NCBI RefSeq assembly: GCF_964355755.1
Contig: NC_092672.1
Coordinates: 11,160,001 to 11,224,000 of the forward strand
Origin: Antedon mediterranea
Taxonomy: Eukaryota > Animalia > Echinodermata
DNA length: 64,000 bases
Direction: 5' to 3'
Made by a program: the position numbers and the translations under genes. Positions 49,001 to 62,060 of the stretch are shown here, in pieces. Position 1 is the first letter of the stretch. Each line of letters starts with the position of its first letter. The notes beneath the pieces were generated by a model. It was given only the letters and a program-made list of their open reading frames with translations, did no database searches and had not been told where the DNA came from.

Positions 49001-52000
49001 CTTTAAGGTTAAGTTACATTTTTGTGACATAAAGTGTGATAGTGTAAACACAGAGCTTAACGAAAAATTAGCAGACTGATATTTAAAAAACAAGATCTTG
49101 CTAGAAATAGAGATAATGTATTAAAAAAATTAATGTTATAGATTTTGAGTTCACAACCAATCAGTAATCAATCAATCGATATGTGTCGCGTCGGTGCTGT
49201 AGATAAAAAGGCTGAAATATACCGTATATCACGTTGAACATACTTTCTACTGCAAGTCTGATAATACAATTTATACATTTCCAATCTTTGGTAAATTGGT
49301 AACATGGGATCGGGGTTTTGACTGTGGACAGTTTTTATATTTCTTATAAAAGTTTGCAATGTAGGCCTAATGTTTTACGGTGTTGATCAGTTTCAGTGGC
49401 GAACGGTCGAATGTTTGTGCCGGTGATTTTTAATATTATTATCAACACATGCAACAACAAAGCAGAAATAACATACGTACTGAATATTTACATTTTCAAA
49501 ATGTATGACGATTTATTTTCATAAATGTACGCAAAGTTACGTTAATTTAAAGTTTCTTTTATATTATTGTGAACTTATATTAGGTAATACCATCATGGAA
49601 TCTATAATAAACAATGTATTGATTCTTTACAGGTTCTATCCAAAATATAGGGTTGGGCGATTTACAGATAACGAAGGTGAATCAGCAAAACGAAGGCGTG
49701 TACGCATGCGCGATTACCAAGGACCAACAGTCTTATTATAACAACGTTGTACTTTTAAAAGGTATTTTATAGGTTTTTTTTTATTATGACACAGAATTTT
49801 CAATAACTCGTACTTTAAACATAATTGCTTTTAAAATTGCGACATGTTGAGTAACACGCCCTAATTGTTTCTATATTGTAAACAATGACACACGGCTCCC
49901 CTAGCCTTGAACATTGCTCCTAGGCTATTGAAACTGTTCACGGTCTAATTCCAATATATTTATTCAAATTATTAGCCTAAATACTGTACAAAGTTCTTTC
50001 ACCATTGGTTTTTCTCATCATCAACTTTAACCTAAAAGGCCCCTGGCTTCAAACCTCTCTTGAGGATTGATGATGTTGGACGCCAACTGAATGATTCAGA
50101 AATGTATTGAATTGATTGAGAGTACGCTGACAGATCGTGGCGAAAACTAGATAAAGACGCACAATTGCGCACGCACAAAAGCTGATAATGGCTTGCGTGC
50201 ATTTAAACTATGTCTGTTAACGTTTGTCAGTCTTCAGCATGCCTTTGTCGGGGAACTAAACCTGGGTGCAAATATTATAATACGGAAATAAATTTATATT
50301 TAAACATGATCGTAATATTTTTAAACCTATGTAGGGACGATTTGGGTTTTTGAAAACATTTTTGGGAATTGAAGAACTAGGCCTTTTCTATTACACAGAA
50401 TACGACGATTTAAGGGTTTAATTTATGCAATACCGATTATGTAATACGGTACCAGACATACATTTATTGGGCCTACAATGTGTTCATTATTTTAGGTAAA
50501 TAAACCTTATATTAAAGTAAAAGTTGTTTACAGATTTTTAAAAATATTTCAGATTTCATGTGCACTACATCATTTTGTACTTAAGCTACTGACCTCGTAA
50601 ATCAGAAATTATTTGTAAGATCAACGCCTATTGGACGTTTATATAAATGGACGTTGCAACAATCTAACCCCCGGATTTGGGAATGTAAACTCATTTACAA
50701 ATTAGCAAAACCTAAACCACATTGTTTCTTAATAACATGTTATTATATTAGTTTACTCGACAGGTGCCATGTCGTAAAAAAATGAGTTACGCACCATTGA
50801 AAGCGACCGAATTTTAATCTAGTCGTTTGTTGAGCCATGAGAAAAAAAAAACAAAATACATTTAAAGAGTTTCTGTATTGGAACTGTGCGCATGACGGAG
50901 ATAACGGTCCTAAAGTCAACACTTCAAACTTTATGACAAAAAAAAATTGATGTGTCCATATTATGGTAGTGATATTGTCAAATATGGTAGTGATATGACA
51001 TCCATATTTGGACATATCACATTTTTTTTTATGTTGAGATTTATGCTTCTAAACTAACAGAATAGCATTTCATACCAATACCACTTCTCCAATTTGCATC
51101 TCCTTTTAAAAAACTAACAAGTTGGAATTTCCATGTGAATGTAAAATAATCATTCCCAAGCCCATTATTTTTTACCTAAATTTGTAAGACAGAAAATAAT
51201 GCATCGGCCTAAAAATAATTATTTTTGTTGAAACTCCTAATTAAAAAATCCATAGCCATCAAATTATATTATGTATTGTCAACAACGAGCTAATACATAA
51301 TTAAATGGCATAACCTACTCTTGATTTATGCTCATGTCTATACATAGCGCCCTCCCGTAAGTTTTTAATTTATGTTTTAATTAAATGTTACGCATTATTC
51401 ATTCTGCTTCATCACAATTTGGAAAAAGTTCCCCTGTTTGAGGGTGGACAATTAATTTAATATTTGCTACAATTTTTTAACCCACTTATTTTTTATTTTT
51501 GCATTGTAGTCAAGACAACGATGTCATTAATGGAAGTTGGTGAGTTATTTTAATTTTATGGATGATAATTACAAATATTCACAATCTGAAGGGGTGGGAT
51601 TGTGCTCAGAAAATCATTCGAATAGAAAACGTTGTTAACGCAACGCAATCTCAACTCAACTGAAAAACTGTACTTAACGGTAAAATTCCCAATTGGATAC
51701 AGTTGTCTCAGGTTGAACATTTTTTTTAACAGCTCCCTCTATTGTTTAAAAAGTTAAGTTTAGCAGTAAAATCAGAATGGACAACCTGTAAGCGGAATTT
51801 TTTTTGTACATTGGTTCCGAGCGTAGCAGATTTTTTCCGTACATTGGTTCCGGCAATCGGTACATCGTGTAAAGTTGGTCGAATTTTATACAAATACTAG
51901 CTGCAAACACGAACCTAACCCTTTAATATTTCACTATAAGACGTCTTATTTTGTGCAGTTAGGTAACGTTCGCGCTATCATTATTTTTTCAACTTGTTTC

Positions 52001-54233
52001 AAAAGATCGTTTTTGATCAACAATAGAGTCGAATAAAGTCGCCTGGAAAACAAGCTTTAGTATAATATATAGGCCTGTATCGGGTGTCGTTATTTATATT
52101 TCTTCTATTATTTCAACGTATGCAAGGTGTACGCTTTTCATACAAATTGTAAAACACAATATAAGCTATTTATGATACCAATAGACAACTTTGGAGTACA
52201 CGCACTTCCTTCCACCATGTATCGAAATCATTGAGTGTAATCAATTTTAGAAGACGAATTGGTATGAAGATCGACCGAAAGATCAAGTTTAAACCAAATT
52301 ATTCTTCTACTATACATAATTATGGTAGTACCTCGATCTCTAATTAATGATTGTTTTCCTTGGTATTATACTTTTATCAAGAATGACAACTAGTAATAGA
52401 AACATTTTAACTAAATTTCCTTTCTGATTGCACATAATATATGAAAAGTAAGTTTTTAGTAAAGGACTTGTTGTAATAAATTCTTTACGAAATATAATCG
52501 TTACTAGATTAATGAATTTTATTTAAAAAAAATGCTTTATTCACCTATTTTGTAGCTCAAACTCAACCTCAGCGTCTGGTCGTACCAATCGTACTTCCAC
52601 TTTTAATCTTCGTATTAGCTGTCGTGACATTACGAAGAGAATATCAAAGGTTAGTTTAAATATAATAGGCATATACGGGAATATATTTTATCAATCCGAA
52701 CGATTGATTGGTTCCATGTTTATTTTAAAATTTGTCCGTATACTACCCTTTGATGCATTTTGTGGGGTGGACGGCAACGAACATTGTTATTTAAGACCGT
52801 GTATTTTAGCAACGGTGGGTTATTTTACCATAATTAAATTGTTTTATCAAACATGGCAATAACTTTGCTGAAAGTTGCTCGACAGAAAGCGACATACAGT
52901 TTTTACATTGTTTTATGAGAACGAAATCTCCAAGACGGCCGGCATTTCGTTTTATTTTAGTACAATAATAGTTTGTAAAAGCTGATTTTTTAATGAACTT
53001 TAATTTTACTTTTTATCGTTATTATTATACATGTTTATGGTAACTTGGACTACATAATTTAATGTTATTAGTGGACTGAAATTTAAAATTATTATGATGC
53101 TATAAAATAATATACACACAAATTAGGAGAAATAACATCTGATGATTTTATATCACCAGCAGAAACAGACGACTGCATAATGCTAAAAACAAAACATTTT
53201 TACGTTCGTATTGAACGAATAAATCAAAACGTCACGAAAGGCTTACGGGGCTAATAGCCGACGAGGTTAATGTCCAGAAAGTCAAGTTTAAACCCCAAGA
53301 AAGCCAATGATAAACGTTTTGGGGACATGGGTGCGGGTCTGGGATTTAGACAGGATTGCCAAGTTCAATGGGTTTTATGGGGTGAAGGTCATTTGTGGAC
53401 ATATATCGTCTGGTATTTAAACACGCCAGACAAAATCCAGGTCCTTTAATAATATTAAATTACTGCAGTACAAAACTATTATATTAATATTATGGTCAAA
53501 TTTAGTAGCTTGTGGTTAGATAGGCCTACCCAAAATTGGTTTTGCTTAATATTGTTTAACTCTAAATGATGTTACCCCGATGAAATTGTTTATATTTTTG
53601 TGGGCGAAACAGTAAAATGTTTTTTAGGCGAAACGTTATTACATTTGTGGGCGAAACGTTATTACATTTGTGGGTGATACGTTCATATCTGTTTTCATTG
53701 TATTTGATGTGGTTTGACATTTTGTGGGCGTTTTCACATTTTACATTTGTAGGTTCTAAGCTTCGAAACTCTTCCGAATTGGCCTACGGTTTTGTCAACG
53801 ACATAACAACTACAATAGGCTGTGTTTTTTTATACTAATTACATGTATTGCATAAAATAAAACGTAGATAGGCCTAATAACATTCATTATTTGTATATTA
53901 CATTGTAGAATGAAAAATCCGTCAACTAAACGCTCAAAAAAGAAGTCGAAAAAGAAGAAGAAGGCTAAAAAATCCAAAAAGGAAGAGGAAAGTAGCTGCG
54001 ATGATGATGATGATGGTGGTGGTTTTGGAGGTCCACCACCACCACCACCACCACCAGGACCAGGTGGAATGAGTGGACCACCGGGGATACCACCTCCATC
54101 AAGGCCTATGATGCCTCCAATGGGTGGGTTGCCGCCTGGTCCGCCATCAGCTGGTGGTGGGCCTCCTGGTGATGGAGGGTTCGTACGACCTCCAATGTCA
54201 GCTAATTTATTACAGGGTATTAAAAAGCATTAA
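37043..54233 (+). CDS. Type I membrane protein, paralog B, ~986 aa: SP-3xTSP1-repeat array-TSP1-Ig-TM-polyproline tail; exons 37043-37640, 38025-38270, 39637-39921, 40177-41106, 41736-41921, 47357-47494, 49633-49761, 51510-51539, 52556-52649, 53909-54233
   Basis: All GT-AG and phase-compatible, 2961 nt. Ig split over exons (ARLSC...VEWYKD | DLQITKVNQQNEGVYAC); TM LVVPIVLPLLIFVLAVVTL; the phase-2 junction lands in frame on ORF 53910-54233. Confidence 0.85.
38403..38967. mobile_element. Harbinger/Tourist-type MITE in paralog B intron 2
   Basis: TIR TACCCCTTTCACACCAAAA, TSD TAA (38400-38402, 38968-38970), internal CTCCGGAG and GGTGTGAAAGG sub-repeats. Confidence 0.9.
40248..41106 (+). repeat. 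Coding 132-bp tandem repeat, ~6.5 diverged copies
   Basis: GDAPKLRPIASSPRKS.(G/S)PYS.GDAP(K/R)VPPKY.AKSRPSGPYSQ units. Confidence 0.95.
42028..45313. mobile_element. PHIS-type (AAT TSD) MITE interrupted by the Academ element
   Basis: ~40-bp TIR AG(G/A)GAGGTTTCGCAA(C/T)CTTACGAATACGATAACGAAAACG; AAT on both flanks. Confidence 0.8.
42095..44898 (-). mobile_element. Academ-type element with long, internally repeated TIRs and a decayed transposase 3' end
   Basis: TAG...CTA termini, 3-bp TSD CTG, TIRs over 600 bp built from ~330-bp units containing CAAAATGGCCGC; minus-strand remnant CSCRK..LECSIAC near 42900-42945. Confidence 0.75.
45990..46695. repeat. Dispersed repeat, inverted copy of 28640-29130
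   Basis: Reverse-complement similarity to 28640-29130; internal palindrome around 46550-46680. Confidence 0.7.
48721..48815. mobile_element. 95-bp hairpin MITE with TA flanks
   Basis: TA|CGGGGTGCAGTCCGACA...TGTCGGACGGCGCCCCG|TA. Confidence 0.5.
53598..53752. repeat. Short degenerate tandem (TTACATTTGTGGGCGAAACGTTA), probable MITE subterminal repeat
   Basis: About 5 partial copies. Confidence 0.5.
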
Positions 54234-55887
54234 GTCCATTTCAATACGATAAAATAGAAGAGAAGAGCCGTTTTACAGATTGTACACCATCACCATCCAT
54301 CCCCTTTCACTACTTCCTCTGAAAAACAAATTCCAAACAACACATTTTAAAATCAAGTTATGTTATTTGTTATCTATTTGGTTTTAAAGCATGATTATGA
54401 CTTTGAGCTTGTACCCTGATGTCACCATATACGTAACCGCACGTAAGATTGTTCGTGACAAGGTCTAAATGGAATGGCTTAACAACATAGGCTTCAGGCC
54501 TGATGTGGCCTAGCCCTTGATTCTTCAGTCGTTTTCCTCGATTATTGACCTATTTCTTTTTTAAAAGTTTGTCTACTGTTAAAAGCAACATTTTTTATTT
54601 AATCAGGTGATATACGAGTTGGAGTTGTGCCAATTTATATTTTATTATTATTAGACCTTTTATGGTCTATTTATAACAAATTTTTTTTCAATTGATTCTT
54701 ATACAAAATCAGGATTCGGAATACTTTAAATACAAACACATTGATGTATGCTCCTAACAGGAAATTGTTTAAACGCCGTGCGAATTTGAAGAATGTTGTG
54801 CGAATGATGTAGGCCTAGGACCGCTGATCTCATTATGAACATCGGTTGTTGAATATGACGCATGTGTGTTACTTATACCTCAAAGTCAAATTCACAAACA
54901 CGTGCGTTATCTAATAAAGTCGAAGCCAGACGTACATTTATTTGGTGATGAATGATAATAAAGAGTCAATCATTTCCAAAGGCAGTGTTATACGTCATTT
55001 CAAATTACCGAGATAAACACACGCCTAATTAAAACTTGAAGAGTCCATGGTGTGACTTACATCTTTGCCAACTTGGCACCCGGGTGTGGAATAACGCACG
55101 TGCAGTCTACGTGCTGCTATCCTAAGAGGCACTCACATTTATACTGGTATATTACTTAACTATAACTGTATTACATTACTGTATTTTCTAAAATGAAACA
55201 CTGTAAAAATCATTGTATAACATAGAATCCGATTCACCATTGTATGAATTATTAAAATTATATTTTTATTAGTACAAAGAAATGCATCTTAATGTATTTC
55301 CGGCTTATCGATATGAACTTATTAAAATAATTTATAAAAGGACACTAAAAACAGAGGACCTACTTAAATGAGTTTAGCGCGGCGCGCCTTCATTGTTTCT
55401 GTCTTTCTCATAAAATATTTTATATTGTAATAAACCATTATTGTATACATTATAAAATGTGCTTTTTTCATGTTGTTATTAGATACATATTTCATTTAGT
55501 GGGCGATTGTTACATTATGCGGTTTTCAGAAGGTGGTTTGTGTCACGTGGGACCGTAGAATTACATTGTAAACTATTCGAATTAAAGAACATGAATCAAA
55601 AGTTATCGGTCTCTAGAGGGCGTATACCAGGTAATAAACAAATTTGTATTCCACGGTTGCAAATTTTGTAATTATTATTTTCAGAAGAAAAACTATACTA
55701 CTTACTGCCGCCCCGTAAATTATTGAACTCAGCGCGGATGCTCCCGAGTAAACGCGGCATGCAGAGGCGGCCATCGAGCTGTCCGTACAAAGTTCCGCAA
55801 TTCGGTTGGAATCATTATAGGCCTAAAGATCAATAAAACGGCTAATTTCAACCAGGGTCTTGGCGCTTCATGTTTTGTTTATGAAGT

Positions 55888-56432
55888 TTCTATTTGTACC
55901 ACCTCTATTTGTAACCACCGATTTTTGTACCACCTCTATTTGTACCACCTCTTTTTGTACCACCTCTTTTTGTACCACCTCTATTTTTAACCACCTCTAT
56001 TTGCATCACCGCTAATTGTACCACCGCAATTTGAACCACCTTTACTTGTAATCACCTCTATGTGTACCACCATACTATTTGTAACCATCTCTATTCGTAA
56101 CCACCTCTATTTGTACCACCTCTAGTTTTACCTCCTCTATTTCTACCACCTCTATTTGTACCACCTCTATTTGTACCACCTCTTTGTACCACCTCTATTT
56201 GTACCACCTTTATTTGTACCACCGCTTTTTGTACCACCTCTATTTGTACCGCCTCAATCTGTAACCACCTCTATTTGTACCACCTCTGTTTGTACCACCT
56301 CTATTTGTACCACCTTTATTTGTACCACCGCTTTTTGTACCACCTCTATTTGTACCACCTCAATCTGTAACCACCTCTATTTGTACCATCACTAGGCCTA
56401 TTTGTAACCACCTCTATTTTCACCACCTCTAT
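55888..56432. repeat. 15-bp minisatellite, ~35 degenerate copies
   Basis: Unit TCTATTTGTACCACC. Confidence 0.95.
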
Positions 56433-59400
56433 TCTAGGCCTACCCGTCACTATTTGTATTGCCGGCCGGGTACCCAAACATATACTCAAAACATTACATC
56501 CATGCCGCTGAATTCAAAACGACACTCTCGAATTTTTTTTATATATTTTGTTATGGGCCGTATAAATAAAAACGTTAAATCCTGAGAAAATGTTACCTGG
56601 TTCTTAAATAACCAACAAACGTTCACGACGAAACTTTGGTGGTCTCCGATAACCTTGAGTTGGGTTCTCAACATTCCTACATAAAAAAAATATAGGATTA
56701 TAGGATTTGTTGTTGAACCTACTTTACGCAGTTATGTTCATATTTCATGTAAAATACCTATTACAGCACTATTCAGTTATGTATACGGAATCACTTTACC
56801 GTTTCAACCCACTAGGACGTAACGCAAGAAGGACGTTAAGCGCACTGCAAGTAGATCAATGCGTAATTGGTCAACTTACTTCATTGCGCTTACGTCAATA
56901 GTATCGCGTCCAAAAATTGGAACCAAGACGTCTTCACACTCTTTTTTACGCTTTGAGTGTAATCGTTGAGGTACGTACAGCTCGTCTTTGATACAAATAT
57001 GCGTTAGATGATGCTTATGATAATTATCACGACTGCGCTTTTACCGTTACCGTTGACGTAATATCGCGGTTTGATTCATAAATATCGCGTTTGATGATGC
57101 CGTGACAATTATCGCAACGACTGCGCTTTTACCGTTACTTCTTCATAACAAGTGTGTATATGTGACTCTATTCAGTAGACCTGGAATGTTTTCCTTAAAT
57201 AAACTCATTTCAAAGCTGATAAATATGCTATACCAATTACCAGTTATTATTCCTAATATGATTATGAATAGTTATTTAAATCGGGTTTAAAATAATACGG
57301 GTATCCACCTGTAGTGAATCGGTACGGTCAATGACCATAGCAGACGATATCTTTTTCTCTCTCACCAATACCCGATTCCATCAATTACAACGACCTGGTG
57401 AGGGTGGGTCCTAAGCATTAAGATGAACGATGACTATACAGTTTGAGACATAATGAATACCTGAGTTGAACATGCATGTGTATGGGCAATAGATTTGTAA
57501 ATACCTTGCAGTTATTTTCAAATGCAAACTAGTTTGTATGCCTTAGTGAATTTACTGGATTACTTTGCTAATCAGATAACATCCGACGATATGTTCACCC
57601 GAAAGCTAAGCTCAACGATTTAATGTCTTGCACTCCTTACAGGTGCTAGCGGCGGGCGCAGCGATGAACTAAGATTAATCGGTACACCCACGATATGGCT
57701 GAGAAATTTATAAAGTTCACAACTGACAGTGTAATGTACAGGACTAACTATACTTAACTTATGGCTAATTCACATGTACAAAAATGATTATGTTTGTCTC
57801 GTAAAAATTAAACACATTCGGTATATGCAAGATTACGTGTTGAAATACGTACACGTTTGGGCAAATTCTACAATACATTATGTGTAGGCGTTCTTGTTAA
57901 AGAGTACCCCAGATATAGGTTAGGTGTTGAAAGTATTTTTGAATGAAATACTATTATTATTATTATTAATTTTTACAGAGAACGATGGTTGTTGAAGTCA
58001 CTTCTGGGTGTAACTACTTGTTGCAAACACCGTAGGCTGAAATAACTTAGGCTATTATTAATGACAGTAATTACAACAAGAACGCATGCAAAATAAAACC
58101 TGAGAAACAACATTATTATCATTTTGTTGTGCACTGCTTAAAAAAAAAAAGAAATCCGCAGTAGTAAAACAAGTCAATTGACCAATAACAAGCGACGGTT
58201 CGTGTGATACATCGCGTCGTGATTGAATTGGTCAAGATACTTGTGGTACGCTTACGAAAACAAGCTTTAGAAAACGAAAGAAAATCATTTAGTATGGGAA
58301 ATGATAAAATGGTCTTTAGAAAGTATATAAGCATGCAAGTACATTCATGCCTTTAAAGTAATAAAACATTTATGAATAATATTTTGCAGTGTATAATCAA
58401 ATATGGTGCGCCAAACTAGTCTTTGTCAAAACGAACACACATTGTCGTGCGCAAACGATAACAATAAAACGGCTTCGTGGCTCCTCGTCGCGGTGACACT
58501 GATAAACCATGAGGCCTATATAGCACAATACAGATTTTTTTTAAGGTATTGGTGCTGTGTGATGGGTTGGCAACGAAGACCAAGCTAACTTTGGCAAGAA
58601 ATATCGAATTTGGCTCTGATGCATAATTTCTGATGAAAGTAGGTCTTGGTATTCTATACACTAACAAAACGCATTCCGTAGCCCAGTTATCGCAATACTT
58701 CATAAGCGAAAGATCTTTTGCGTGGTATTTGATTTATTTTATATACAGTATATTCACTTCTATTTTCTTTAAGGATGTATGTATATACAAACTTAAAAGG
58801 TAGGCAAATATTTATGGGACATACACTGGTAGCGTCCTCCTTTTTGATGATTGTCATTCCATTAATTACATACACATGTACTGTACATGCTTGTGGGTTG
58901 TGGGTTTGAAGGGGCCGGCCGCACACGTTGTATACTCACGAACGAACACGACGGTAATGCATCTTTCGCTCGTGTGACTTGTACGATGGTGGTCAAACAA
59001 CCACGAGCCAATGTAAACAAGGAAAGCTAATTCAAGTTCGTTGTAATGATGCGTTCACATTGTCTTTTCGTATTTAAAAAACACTACTTTAATAAACAAA
59101 AAACTTTTTTTTTAAATAAGGCCATAATTGGGATGATATACCGTCTGTGGACGTATTTTACCATATAAAATGATCAATACTATTTAAACAATTCATCTAA
59201 AGTGAATATATTAGTATTTAAGAGAAACATCAGAAGGTTCTAATAAACATGATTTAAGTATTATTTAGCAAAAATTATGACCCAGCATGCCTATAATTAT
59301 TATAGGCCTAATATTCTAACTACTGTATTATACATAAATAAATCAAATAATAGCTATCTTCTTATATTAACTTATGTTGAGTAATGGTGATAACAATTAA

Positions 59401-61309
59401 TATAGTTTGAACTATATCTTATTTTTAAACAATATATGCACTTGTGTGTAGAGAGGAATAGTTAAAATAAAGAAAATTATGAAAAAAGTGGATAATACAT
59501 ATAAAAGTATAAAAAAGTATATAACTGACCAAACTGTTTCGATCAAACCGTATAAAAGATAGGCCTACAAGAAAGTACAAGAAAATGACTGAAAAAAAAA
59601 TCAAAATAACAAGGGAATATATATTTGGATGAAGTGTAAAATCATTGTATTGATCATTTGAGAATGGAATGAATAAAATAATGGTTAACGCCACAAAAGA
59701 GAAAGAAAAACAATAGAAATATCCCGAGAAGAATTATTTCAACATTTTCACACATTACAATAAATTGCCAGGGCGCCACCAAACAAACCACTTAAGTTCA
59801 ATGACCCCCCAAAGGCACGATAACTCTATAACATTAATAATGATTATGATTTATTAATAATGATGATTTGAATTTTCAACAGACGTGCTGACAATTAAAT
59901 GGACTATTTTTAGAAAATATTACGGGATGAATGGTGTACACTTGTCAATTTATTTCATAAAAAAGTTCATGATTCAATAAATTTATTTTTTTTTCTGAAG
60001 CCAGAAACCAGTCATTCGCCAAGGCAAAGTAGCTTTTCCTGAGGTTCTAAATTTACTTATGATGAATACCCGGCCTCGTACGTACCATTAGGTTTATATC
60101 GTGATCAAGTTATGATACATTAAACATGACATAGTTTCATTATAATATTCATATGCACTTCTCATAATTTATTTTCAAACGACAACGTTGTAGCCTTATT
60201 TATTTTACTTTATTTATTTATTTTATTTCACCTTATGTATAGAGTTTGATCCTAAACAGCGTATGCTGACAATCAAGGGGCCTCTGTGTGTATACTAGTA
60301 CACCGGAGTAACCCCCTACTCGTCTCAAAAGATGTACTTAGGTTCTTTAAAGTGTAATAACGACCCTACGTAGGCCTATAAACAATGAAATAAATGTTAG
60401 TATAATAATAATATTTCAACATTAATAGTATGCCATCATGGTATATTTTACATCTGTAGATGATAGTACAGTACACAGTACCATTACTGTCAGCAATATC
60501 ATTTATTAATATCATATTACTTTACTGGTTATTATCAGTACAGTAATACTGGAATATCAGTACATTCACATTTTTAAGCTTATAAAATAACAAGGCGTCT
60601 AGACGGTAGGTAGACACAAAATACAATGTGCGTTTATGTATTAAAAGGAACCTCATAACATATAGCCTGTTAGTAATTTATAATGTCACCAATGAGTTAC
60701 CTAATAAATGTATTTACTAAAAACATCTCAATAAACAGGATCAAGTATTTGATTCATTTTGGTGTTACTTTTTTCGGTGATTTTTAGTGTTCTTTTTGCC
60801 GGATGAGTTGTATACAGTTGAATCCTTATTAACCCTATGCTAAGTCAAAACTGAAGTTGCCTTAATAGGGGTTTTCGCGTTAAAATGAACAAGAACTGAT
60901 CTAAACTCAAGAAGAATTGAACATTTAGCATCCAACGTTCCACCAATGAAAACTTCCAAACAAGAGAAAGTATCATAACTATTATGATATAAATATTTGT
61001 ATTAGTAACGATATAAATGTTGCTCTTTTTTTCATATCCTCTTAGTAGGGGTGTCCTATGCGTATGGGTTGGCAGTAGTGTTAAAACATATATTTACCCT
61101 CGTTTTGCAGGAAAGTGTCCCCTGAAAAGGTGTTTCCCAAATGATTTTATCATTATTATCAAAGGAAAGTGTCCTGTTCATTAATTTAATTTAATCATCA
61201 CCTTTTTATCTCCATCATTCTCTTCACCATAATCATTATCATTATTATTTTCTCTACTATCAACATTATCATCTTCATCATCAGCATAATCAGTATCAAC
61301 ATCAACATT

Positions 61310-62060
61310 ATTTTCACCATCTCCATCAACGTCGTTATCTTATCACTTTCATCATCACTATTGATGTCTTCCTCCTTCTCATTATCAACATAAATTATAA
61401 TCATCATCATCTGTCCTCTCTCACCATTTCCATCATCGTCGTTATCTTATCACTTTCATCATCACTATTGATGTCTTCCTCCTTCTCATTATCAACATAA
61501 ATTATTATAATCATCATCATCATCATCATCTCTCACCATTTCCATCATCGTCGTTATCTTATCACTTTCATCATCACTATTGATGTCTTCCTCCTTCTCA
61601 TTATCAAAATAAATTATAATCATCATCATCATCATCTCTCACCATTTCCATCATCGTCATTATCTTATCACTTTCATCATCATTATCTTATCACTTTCAT
61701 CATCACTGTTGATGTCTTCCTTCTTCTCATTATCAACATAAATTATAATCATCATCATCTGTCCTCTCTCACCATTTCCATCATCGTCGTTATCTTATCA
61801 CTTTCATCATCACTGTTGATATCTTCCTTCTTCTCATTATCAACATAAATTATAATCATCATCATCTGTCCTCTCTCACCATTTCCATCATCGTCGTTAT
61901 CTTATCACTTTCATCATCACTGTTGATGTCTTTCTTCTTCTCATTATCAACATAAATTATAATCATCATCATCTGTCCTCTCTCACCATTTCCATCATCG
62001 TCGTTATCTTATCACTTTCATCATCACTGTTGATGTCTTCCTTCTTCTCATTACCAACAT
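61310..62060. repeat. ~105-bp tandem repeat (~7 copies) built from (ATC)n-like sequence
   Basis: Unit CACCATTTCCATCATCGTCGTTATCTTATCACTTTCATCATCACT(A/G)TTGATGTCTTCC...ATAAATTATAATCATCATCATC. Confidence 0.9.

Noticed and set aside
56156-56395. VPPLF-repeat ORF
   Set aside because: Translation of the 15-bp minisatellite
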